64,000 bases of DNA from Eledone cirrhosa (Eukaryota). Of the stretch, positions 1 through 11,000 are shown piece by piece. The notes under the pieces are model-generated. The model was not told where the DNA came from. It saw only the letters and a program-made list of their open reading frames with translations, and did not search any database. A program made the translations under genes and the position numbers. How positions within the stretch are numbered: the stretch's first letter is position 1; the number at the start of each line of letters is the position of its first letter. Location of the stretch: assembly GCA_964016885.1 (NCBI GenBank), contig OZ024742.1, positions 367,846,001-367,910,000 of the forward strand. The letters run 5' to 3'.

Positions 1-3000
1 CAATACCTGCTCCGGTGTGTCTTAATGCTGTCTCCAATGTCTGGTCAGTCCAACAGATCTAGCTGAACTGTCTTCTGACAATACCAGCTCCGGTGTGTTT
101 AATGCAGTCTCCAATGTCTGGTCAGTCCACCAGATCTAGCTGAACTGTCTTCTGACAATACCAGCTCCGGTGTGTCTTAATGCAGTCTCCAATGTCTGGT
201 CAGTTCACCAGATCTAGCTGAACTGTCTTCTGACAATACCAACTCCGGTGTGTCTTAATGCAGTCTCCCATGTCTGGTCAGTCCAACAGATCTAGCTGAA
301 CTGTCTTCTGACAATACCAGCTCCGGTGTGTCTTAATACAGTCTCCAATGTCTGGTCAGTCCACCAGATCTAGCTGAACTGTCTTCTGACAATACCAACT
401 CCGTTGTGTCTTAATGCAGTCTCCCATGTCTGGTCAGTCCAACAGATCTAGCTGAACTGTCTTCTGACAATACCAACTCCGGTGTGTCTTAATGCAGTCT
501 CCAATGTCTGGTCAGTCCACCAGATCTAGCTGAACTGTCTTCTGACAATACCAGCTCCGGTGTGTCTTAATGCAGTCTCCAATGTCTGGTCAGTCCAGCA
601 GATCTAGCTGAACTGTCTTCTGATAATACCAGCTCCGGTGTTTCTTAATGCTGTCTCCCATGTCTGGTCAGTCCAACAGATCTAGCTGAACTGTCTTCTG
701 ACAATACCAGCTCCGGTGTGTCTTAATACAGTCTCCAATGTCTGGTCAGTCCACCAGATATAGCTGAACTGTCTTCTGACAATACCATCTCCGGTATGTC
801 TTAATACAGTCTCCAATGTCTGGTCAGTCCACCAGATCTAGCTGAACTGTCTTCTGACAATACCAGCTCCGGTGTGTCTTAATGCAGTCTCCCATGTCTG
901 GTCAGTCCACCAGATCTAGCTGAACTGTCTTCTGACAATACCAGCTCCGGTGTGTCTTAATGCAGTCTCCAATGTCTGGTCAGTCCACCAGATCTAGCTG
1001 AACTGTCTTCTGACAATACCAGCTCCGGTGTGTCTTTATACAGTCTCCAATGTCTGGTCAGTCCAACAGATCTAGCTGAACTGTCTTCTGACAATACCAG
1101 CTCCGGTGTGTCTTAATGCAGTCTCCAATGTCTGGTCAGTCCACCAGATCTAGCTGAACTGTCTTCTGACAATACCAGCTCCGGTGTGTCTTAATGCAGT
1201 CTCCAATGTCTGGTCAGTCCACCAGATCTAGCTGAACTGTCTTCTGACAATACCAGCTCCGGTGTGTCTTAATACAGTCTCCAATGTCTGGTCAGTCCAC
1301 CAGATCTAGCTGAACTGTCTTCTGACAATACCACCTCCGGTGTGTCTTAATGCAGTCTCCAATGTCTGGTCAGTCCACCAGATCTAGCTGAACTGTCTTC
1401 TGACAATACCAGCTCCGGTGTGTCTTAATGCAGTCTCCCATGTCTGGTCAGTCCACCAGATCTAGCTGAACTGTCTTCTGACAATACCAGTTCCGGTGTG
1501 TCTTAATGCAGTCTCCAATGTCTGGTCAGTCCACCAGATCTAGCTGAACTGTCTTCTGACAATACCACCTCCGGTGTGTCTTAATGCAGTCTCCAATGTC
1601 TGGTCAGTCCACCAGATCTAGCTGAACTGTCTTCTGACAATACCAGCTCCGGTGTGTCTTAATGCAGTCTCCCATGTCTGGTCAGTCCACCAGATCTAGC
1701 TGAACTGTCTTCTGACAATACCAGCTCCGATGTGTCTTAATGCAGTCTCCAATGTCTGGTCAGTCCACCAGATCTAGCTGAACTGTCTTCTGACAATACC
1801 AGCTCCGGTGTGTCTTAATGCAGTCTCCAATGTCTGGTCAGTCCACCAGATCTAGCTGAACTGTCTTCTGACAATACCAGTTCCGGTGTGTCTTAATGCA
1901 GTCTCCAATGTCTTGTCAGTCCAACAGATCTAGCTGAACTGTCTTCTGACAATACCACCTCCGGTGTGTCTTAATACAGTCTCCAATGTCTGGTCAGTCC
2001 ACCAGATCTAGCTGAACTGTCTTCTGACAATACCAGCTCCGGTATGTCTTAATGCAGTCTCCTATGTCTGGTCAGTCCACCAGATCTAGCCGAACTGTCT
2101 TCTGACAATACCAGCTCCGGTGTGTCTTAATGCAGTCTCCCAATTCTGGTCAGTCCAACAGATCTAGCTGAACTGTCTTCTGACAATACCAGCTCCGGTG
2201 TGTCTTAATACAGTCTCCAATGTCTGGTCAGTCCAACAGATCTAGCTGAACTGTCTTCTGACAATACCAGCTCCGGTGTGTCTTAATACAGTCTCCAATG
2301 TCTGGTCAGTCCAACAGATCTAGCTGAACTGTCTTCTGACAATACCAGCTCCGGTGTGTCTTAATACAGTCTCCAATGTCTGGTCAGTCCACCAGATCTA
2401 GCTGAACTGTCTTCTGACAATACCAGCTCCGGTGTGTCTTAATGCAGTCTCCAATGTCTGGTCAGTCCACCAGATCTTGCTGAACTGTCTTCTGACAATA
2501 CCAGCTCCGGTGTGTCTTAATGCAGTCTCCAATGTCTGGTCAGTCCAACAGATCTAGCTGAGCTGTCTTCTGACAATACCAGCTCCGGTGTGTCTTAATG
2601 CAGTCTCCAATGTCTGGTCAGTCCAACAGATCTAGCTGAACTGTCTTCTGACAATACCAGCTCCGGTGTGTCTTAATGCAGTCTCCAATGTCTGGTCAGT
2701 CCACCAGATCTTGCTGAACTGTCTTCTGACAATACCAGCTCCGGTGTGTCTTAATGCAGTCTCCAATGTCTGGTCAGTCCAACAGATCTAGCTGAACTGT
2801 CTTCTGACAATACCAGCTCCGGTGTGTCTTAATGCAGTCTCCAATGTCTGGTCAGTCCAACAGATCTAGCTGAACTGTCTTCTGACAATACCAGCTCCGG
2901 TGTGTCTTAATGCAGCCTCCTATGTCTGGTCAGTCCAACAGATCTAGCTGAACTGTCTTCTGACAATACCAGCTCCGGTGTGTCTTAATACAGTCTCCTA

Positions 3001-6000
3001 TGTCTGGTCAGTCCAACAGATCTAGCTGAACTGTCTTCTGACAATACCAGCTCCGGTGTGTCTTAATACAGTCTCCAATGTCTGGCCAGTCCACCAGATC
3101 TAGCTGAACTGTCTTCTGACAATACCAGCTCCGGTATGTCTTAATGCAGTCTCCTATGTCTGGTCAGTCCACCAGATCTAGCTGAACTGTCTTCTGACAA
3201 TACCAGCTCCGGTGTGTCTTAATGCAGTCTCCCATGTCTGGTCAGTCCAACAGATCTAGCTGAACTGTCTTCTGACAATACCAGCTCCGGTGTGTCTTAA
3301 TGCAGTCTCCAATGTCTGGTCAGTCCACCAGATCTAGCTGAACTGTCTTCTGACAATACCAGCTCCGGTGTGTCTTAATACAGTCTCCAATGTCTGGCCA
3401 GTCCACCAGATCTAGCTGAACTGTCTTCTGACAATACCAGCTCCGGTGTGTCTTAATACAGTCTCCAATGTCTGGCCAGTCCACCAGATCTAGCTGAACT
3501 GTCTTCTGACAATACCAGCTCCGGTGTGTCTTAATCCAGTCTCCAATGTCTGGTCAGTCCACCAGATCTAGCTGAACTGTCTTCTGACAATACCAGCTCC
3601 GGTGTGTCTTAATGCAGTCTCCCATGTCTGGTCAGTCCACCAGATCTAGCTGAACTGTCTTCTGACAATACCAGCTCCGGCGTGTCTTAATGCAGTCTCC
3701 AATGTCTGGTCAGTTCACCAGATCTAGCTGAACTGTCTTCTGACAATACCAGCTCCGGTGTGTCTTAATGCAGTCTCCAATGTCTGGTCAGTCCACCAGA
3801 TCTAGCTGAACTGTCTTCTGACAATACCAACTCCGGTGTGTCTTAATCCAGTCTCCAATGTCTGGTCAGTCCAACAGATCTAGCTGAACTGTCTTCTGAC
3901 AATACCAGCTCCGGTGTGTCTTAATACAGTCTCCAATGTCTGGCCAGTCCACCAGATCTAGCTGAACTGTCTTCTGACAATACCAGCTCCGGTGTGTCTT
4001 AATGCAGTCTCCAATGTCTGGTCAGTCCACCAGATCTAGCTGAACTGTCTTCTGACAATACCAGCTCCGGTGTGTCTTAATCCAGTCTCCAATGTCTGGT
4101 CAGTCCAACAGATCTAGCTGAACTGTCTTCTGACAATACCAGCTCCGGTGTGTCTTTATACAGTCTCCAATGTCTGGTCAGTCCACCAGATCTAGCTGAA
4201 CTGTCTTCTGACAATACCTGCTCCGGTGTGTCTTAATGCTGTCTCCAATGTCTGGTCAGTCCAACAGATCTAGCTGAACTGTCTTCTGACAATACCAGCT
4301 CCGGTGTGTCTTAATGCAGTCTCCAATGTCTGGTCAGTCCACCAGATCTAGCTGAACTGTCTTCTGACAATACCAGCTCCGGTGTGTCTTAATGCAGTCT
4401 CCAATGTCTGGTCAGTTCACCAGATCTAGCTGAACTGTCTTCTGACAATACCAGCTCCGGTGTGTCTTAATGCAGTCTCCCATGTCTGGTCAGTCCAACA
4501 GATCTAGCTGAACTGTCTTCTGACAATACCAGCTCCGGTGTGTCTTAATGCAGTCTCCCATGTCTGGTCAGTCCAACAGATCTAGCTGAACTGTCTTCTG
4601 ACAATACCAGCTCCGGTGTGTCTTAATGCAGTCTCCAATGTCTGGTCAGTTCACCAGATCTAGCTGAACTGTCTTCTGACAATACCAGCTCCGGTGTGTC
4701 TTAATGCAGTCTCCCATGTCTGGTCAGTCCAACAGATCTAGCTGAACTGTCTTCTGACAATACCAGCTCCGGTGTGTCTTAATACAGTCTCCCATGTCTG
4801 GTCAGTCCAACAGATCTAGCTGAACTGTCTTCTGACAATACCAGCTCCGGTGTGTCTTAATGCAGTCTCCAATGTCTGGTCAGTCCAACAGATCTAGCTG
4901 AACTGTCTTCTGACAATACCAACTCCGGTGTGTCTTAATGCAGTCTCCAATGTCTGGTCAGTCCACCAGATCTAGCTGAACTGTCTTCTGACAATACCAA
5001 CTCCGGTGTGTCTTAATGCAGTCTCCAATGTCTGGTCAGTCCAACAGATCTAGCTGAACTGTCTTCTGACAATACCAACTCCGGTGTGTCTTAATGCAGT
5101 CTCCAATGTCTGGTCAGTCCACCAGATCTAGCTGAACTGTCTTCTGACAATACCTGCTCCGGTGTGTCTTAATACAGTCTCCAATGTCTGGTCAGTCCAC
5201 CAGATCTAGCTGAGCTGTCTTCTGACAATACCAGCTCCGGTGTGTCTTAATGCAGTCTCCCATGTCTGGTCAGTCCACCAGATATAGCTGAACTGTCTTC
5301 TGACAATACCAGCTCCGGTATGTCTTAATAAGTCTCCAATGTCTGGTCAGTCCACCAGATCTAGCTGAACTGTCTTCTGACAATACCAGCTCCGGTGTGT
5401 CTTAATGCAGTCTCCCATGTCTGGTCAGTCCACCAGATCCAGCTGAACTGTCTTCTGACAATACCAGCTCCGGTGTGTCTTAATGCAGTCTCCAATGTCT
5501 GGTCAGTCCACCAGATCTAGCTGAACTGTCTTCTGACAATACCAGCTCCGGTGTGTCTTTATACAGTCTCCTATGTCTGGTCAGTCCAACAGATCTAGCT
5601 GAACTGTCTTCTGACAATACCAGCTCCGGTGTGTCTTAATACAGTCTCCAATGTCTGGTCAGTCCACCAGATCTAGCTAAACTGTCTTCTGACAATACCT
5701 GCTCCGGTGTGTTTTAATGCAGTCTCCCATGTCTGGTCAGTCCACCAGATCTAGCTGAACTGTCTTCTGACAATACCAACTCCGGTGTGTCTTAATGCAG
5801 TCTCCAATGTCTGGTCAGTCCAGCAGATCTAGCTGAACTGTCTTCTGACAATACCAGCTCCGGTGTGTCTTAATGCAGTCTCCAATGTCTGGTCAGTTCA
5901 CCAGATCTAGCTGAACTGTCTTCTGACAATACCAGCTCCGGTGTGTCTTAATGCAGTCTCCCATGTCTGGTCAGTCCAACAGATCTAGCTGAACTGTCTT

Positions 6001-8477
6001 CTGACAATACCAGCTCCGGTGTGTCTTAATGCAGTCTCCCATGTCTGGTCAGTCCACCAGATCTAGCTGAACTGTCTTCTGACAATACCAGCTCCGGTGT
6101 GTCTTAATGCAGTCTCCAATGTCTGGTCAGTCCACCAGATCTAGCTGAACTGTCTTCTGACAATACCAGCTCCGGTGTGTCTTAATGCAGTCTCCCATGT
6201 CTGGTCAGGCCAACAGATCTAGCTGAACTGTCTTCTGACAATACCAGCTCCGGTATGTCTTAATAAGTCTCCAATGTCTGGTCAGTCCACCAGATCTAGC
6301 TGAACTGTCTTCTGACAATACCAGCTCCGGTGTGTCTTAATGCAGTCTCCCATGTCTGGTCAGTCCACCAGATCCAGCTGAACTGTCTTCTGACAATACC
6401 AGCTCCGGTGTGTCTTAATACAGTCTCCAATGTCTGGCCAGTCCACCAGATCTAGCTGAACTGTCTTCTGACAATACCAGCTCCGGTATGTCTTAATGCA
6501 GTCTCCTATGTCTGGTCAGTCCACCAGATCTAGTTGAACTGTCTTCTGACAATACCAGCTCCGGTGTGTCTTAATGCAGTCTCCCATGTCTGGTCAGTCC
6601 AACAGATCTAGCTGAACTGTCTTCTGACAATACCAGCTCCGATGTGTCTTAATGCAGTCTCCAATGTCTGGTCAGTCCACCAGATCTAGCTGAACTGTCT
6701 TCTGACAATACCAGCTCCGGTGTGTCTTAATACAGTCTCCAATGTCTGGTCAGTCCAACAGATCTGGCTGAACTGTCTTCTAACAATACCAGCTCCGGTG
6801 TGTCTTAATTCAGTCTCCAATGCCTGGTCAGTCCAACAGATCTAGCTGAACTGTCTTCTGACAATACCAGCTCCGGTGTGTCTTAATGCATTCTCCAATG
6901 TCTGGTCAGTCCACCAGATCTAGCTGAACTGTCTTCTGACAATACCAGCTCCGGTGTGTCTTAATACAGTCTCCAATGTCTGGTCAGTCCACCAGATCTA
7001 GCTGAACTGTCTTCTGACAATACCAGCTCCGGTGTGTCTTAATACAGTCTCCAATGTCTGGTCAGTCCAACAGATCTAGCTGAACTGTCTTCTGACAATA
7101 CCAACTCCGGTGTGTCTTAATGCATTCTCCAATGTCTGGTCAGTCCACCAGATCTAGCTGAACTGTCTTCTGACAATACCAGCTCCGGTGTGTCTTAATA
7201 CAGTCTCCAATGTCTGGTCAGTCCACCAGATCTAGCTGAACTGTCTTCTGACAATACCAGCTCCGGTGTGTCTTAATACAGTCTCCAATGTCTGGTCAGT
7301 CCAACAGATCTAGCTGAACTGTCTTCTGACAATACCAGCTCCGGTGTGTCTTAATACAGTCTCCTATGTCTGGTCAGTCCACCAGATCTAGCTGAACTGT
7401 CTTCTGACAATACCAGCTCCGGTGTGTCTTAATGCATTCTCCAATGTCTGGTCAGTCCACCAGATCTAGCTGAACTGTCTTCTGACAATACCAGCTCCGG
7501 TGTGTCTTAATACAGTCTCCAATGTCTGGTCAGTCCAACAGATCTAGCTGAACTGTCTTCTGACAATACCAGCTCCGGTGTGTCTTAATACAGTCTCCAA
7601 TGTCTGGTCAGTCCAACAGATCTAGCTGAACTGTCTTCTGACAATACCAGCTCCGGTGTGTCTTAATGCAGTCTCCAATGTCTGGTCAGTCCACCAGATC
7701 TAGCTGAACTGTCTTCTGACAATACCAGCTCCGGTGGGTCTTAATGCAGTCTCCAATGTCTGGTCAGTCCAACAGATCTAGCTGTACTGTCTTCTGACAA
7801 TACCAGCTCCGGTGTGTCTTAATACAGTCTCCAATGTCTGGTCAGTCCACCAGATCTAGCTGAACTGTCTTCTGACAATACCTGCTCCTGTGTGTCTTAA
7901 TGCAGTCTCCAATGTCTGGTCAGTCCACCAGATCTAGCTGAACTGTCTTCTGACAATACCAGCTCCGTTGTGTCTTAATGCATTCTCCAATGTCTGGTCA
8001 GTCCACCAGATCTAGCTGAACTGTCTTCTGACAATACCACCTCCGGTGTGTCTTAATGCAGTCTCCAATGTCTGGTCAGTCCACCAGATCTAGCTGAACT
8101 GTCTTCTGACAATACCAGCTCCGGTGTGTCTTAATGCAGTCTCCCATGTCTGGTCAGTCCAACAGATCTAGCTGAACTGTCTTCTGACAATACCAGCTCC
8201 GGTGTGTCTTAATACAGTCTCCAATGTCTGGTCAGTCCACCAGATCTTGCTGAACTGTCTTCTGACAATACCAGCTCCGGTGTGTCTTAATGCAGTCTCC
8301 AATGTCTGGTCAGTCCAACAGATCTAGCTGAACTGTCTTCTGACAATACCAGCTCCGGTGTGTCTTAATACTGTCTCCAATGTCTGGTCAGTCCAACAGA
8401 TCTAGCTGAGCTGTCTTCTGACAATACCAGCTCCGGTGTGTCTTAATGCAGTCTCCAATGTCTGGTCAGTCCAACAG
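1..8477. repeat. Tandem satellite A, 78-bp monomer, about 109 copies in window (continues past left edge)
   Basis: Consensus CAATACCAGCTCCGGTGTGTCTTAATGCAGTCTCCAATGTCTGGTCAGTCCACCAGATCTAGCTGAACTGTCTTCTGA recurs every 78 nt with few substitutions; each monomer has a stop in all six frames. Confidence 0.99.
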
Positions 8478-8541
8478 CTGACCTGAAAGTTAAATCACAC
8501 TCATTGTAAATATACTTTATTTGGTTTAGAGGAATACATCT
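8443..8541 (-). pseudogene. Degenerate terminal C2H2 zinc finger plus stop (RTE-like LINE ORF2 end or ZNF last exon); founder of satellite A
   Basis: Manual translation of minus strand 8541->8443 gives RCIPLNQIKYIYNECDLTFRSAVGLTRHWRLH*. This fits Y-x-C-x2-C-x3-F-x5-L-x2-H-x3-H with the first Cys as TAC, one change from TGC. Confidence 0.8.
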
Positions 8542-8627
8542 AGAAACGAAGGAACTATATGTCACTATACTTTCTCAAGTATTGAGTACAATATTTTATA
8601 TATTTTATCTCTATTATCACTAACACG

Positions 8628-8800
8628 AATTGGCAGTATTGGTAAAGGGTCAGACATGTTTTCCAGCATAGTTACGTCCATTTGCGATCCGAGTTCAAAT
8701 CCCGCCGAGGTTAACTTTGCCTTCCATCCTTACGTAGTTGATAAAATAAAGTACCAGTAATACAGTGGTATTTGCTGGCTTTGTGCCAAAAGTAGAAACA
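8628..8800 (+). mobile_element. tRNA-derived SINE with 15-bp target-site duplication
   Basis: A-box-like TGGCAGTATTGG and B-box GAGTTCAAATCCC; body shared with other copies in the window; ATTATCACTAACACG at 8613-8627 and 8801-8815. Confidence 0.9.
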
Positions 8801-8898
8801 ATTATCACTAACACGCATACACTCATTCATATAGGTGTGTGTGTATGATTGCATGTATGCATGTGTAGAGAGAGAAAGGACGGTTAGATGGATAGATA

Positions 8899-8960
8899 TA
8901 TTTATTTGCCACAAGGCCGCACAAGATATGGGGGCAATACAAGGACATATGGCGGGGATT
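8899..8960 (-). mobile_element. Short 3'-end stub of Tx1-type LINE in GATA repeat
   Basis: TTTATTTGCCACAAGG matches the 3' termini at 11008-11024, 13704-13720 and 61224-61240; flanked by TTAGAT(G/A)GATAGATA on both sides. Confidence 0.65.
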
Positions 8961-9128
8961 TTAGATAGATAGATAGAAAGATAGATAGGCTAGGAAGACG
9001 TGTATTATCATACATATGCATTAAATCGTAGGCGGGTTTATTGGAATTGAATGCCTTCTGCCATAAACTTCCAAATCTGCATATGTAATTTTCTTTGTTC
9101 TTGTGTAATTATGCGTAGGTACAGTTCT

Positions 9129-9130
<2 letters not shown>

Positions 9131-9191
<61 letters not shown>

Positions 9192-9208
9192 ATATATGTA
9201 TAGATATG

Positions 9209-9255
<47 letters not shown>

Positions 9256-9909
9256 TTATTTAAATATTTACTTAAATAGACATATCTATGTATATATTTA
9301 AATGTTATATAAATAATATATATATACATATATTATACATAGGTGTATCTATATTATATATATATATATATATTTATATTACATACATACACACATGCAT
9401 ACACACATGCATACATACACACATACATACATACATATGTGTAGACATATACACTCGTCTGTATATAAGTGTGTATGTGTTCCTATCAGTAAGTACAACA
9501 TTAAGTGATTGCTGATGAATGGTTACGTAAGTACCTTCATGTTTACATGTTGTTACTATATATGGTGATGAGTGTGTGTATATGTGAGGGAGGGTGTGTG
9601 TGTGAGAGAGAGGGTGGGTGTATCTGAGGGAGGGTGTATATGTGTGTGAGGGAGAGTGTGTGTGTGTGTGAGGGAGTGTGTGTGTTTGAGTATGTGTCAG
9701 TATCTGTGTATGTATGTGTAATTGCGTGAGTGTGTTTGTCAGTGTGTGTTTCAATATGTGTATGTTTGAGTATGTGTATGTGTGTGTGTCTGTCTGTCAC
9801 TCTCTCTCTCTCTCTCTCTCTCTATCTCTATCTCTCTCTCTCTGTCTCTCTCTATCTCTCTCTCTCTCTCTCTCACTCTATCTCTCTCTCTATCTATCTC
9901 TCTATCTCC

Positions 9910-10003
<94 letters not shown>

Positions 10004-10251
10004 CTCTCTCTCTCTGTATGAATATGTGTGTGTATATGTGTGAGTCTATATGTGAGTGTGTGTTTGTGTATGTTTGACTACCAGTCAGTCCGTGTTTGTG
10101 ACTGAGTGTGTATGTGTGTGTATCTGTGTGGGTATGCATGTGTGTGTTTGAGTATGAATATATGTGTGTGTATGTGTATGTGTGTGTGCGCGTAACTGTC
10201 GGTATGTGTGTGTATCTGTCGGTATATATATATATATATAGGTATCTTTCG

Positions 10252-10285
<34 letters not shown>

Positions 10286-10310
10286 GTCGGTGTATATATA
10301 TATGTGTCAG

Positions 10311-10353
<43 letters not shown>

Positions 10354-10385
10354 ATGTGTGTGTGTATGGTGTGTATCTGTCGGTA
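9131..10385. repeat. Compound microsatellite tract (TA)n/(TG)n/(CA)n/(CT)n
   Basis: Directly visible dinucleotide runs and degenerate variants. Confidence 0.95.
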
Positions 10386-10678
10386 TGTCTACAAGACTAT
10401 ATTAAATTGCTTTCCGGAATGTTAATCAATATTGAGACAATAAAATATTACAGACTATATAACAGAGAAGGAAGGGGAGAGGGAGGTGGGGGAGAGGAGA
10501 GAGTGGGAGGGGGTGGGGGGGAGATCATAGGAAAATATGTTGAACAACAACAACATCAAGATAGCTGTAGGAGATGAAGGAAGGAGATAGAGGAGGTGAG
10601 GGGGATAGAGGGGGGGAACAAAGGAAGAAAGAAGGGAAGAGAGGAAATAGATAAAGAAATAATTGAATAATGAATAAA

Positions 10679-10680
<2 letters not shown>

Positions 10681-10711
<31 letters not shown>

Positions 10712-10760
10712 GTACATATATACATTATATATACACATATATATATATATTTATACACAT

Positions 10761-10823
<63 letters not shown>

Positions 10824-10888
10824 CATATGAAATGTACTTTCATTTATATAAAAGGTCTATGGGTGAATCACCGCTAGTTATATAACTA

Positions 10889-10953
<65 letters not shown>
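10681..10953. repeat. (TA)n microsatellites
   Basis: Runs at about 10681-10820 and 10893-10953. Confidence 0.95.
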
Positions 10954-10958
<5 letters not shown>

Positions 10959-11000
10959 TATGTTATTATCTATATAGCTAGACAGATAGGTAGATAGATA

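Noticed and set aside
1-8477. Satellite A as a tandem zinc-finger coding array (78 bp = 26 codons)
   Set aside because: Every monomer has the in-frame TAA and lacks the CxxC half and the TGEKP linker; all six frames are closed.
8628-8720. tRNA gene
   Set aside because: A/B-box-like motifs are present but there is no cloverleaf; it continues into a SINE body, has TSDs and is multi-copy.
9512-9540. CTGATGA as hammerhead core (also 58024-58030 and CGATGACGAAAC at 55274)
   Set aside because: No properly placed stem II plus GAAA and stem III.
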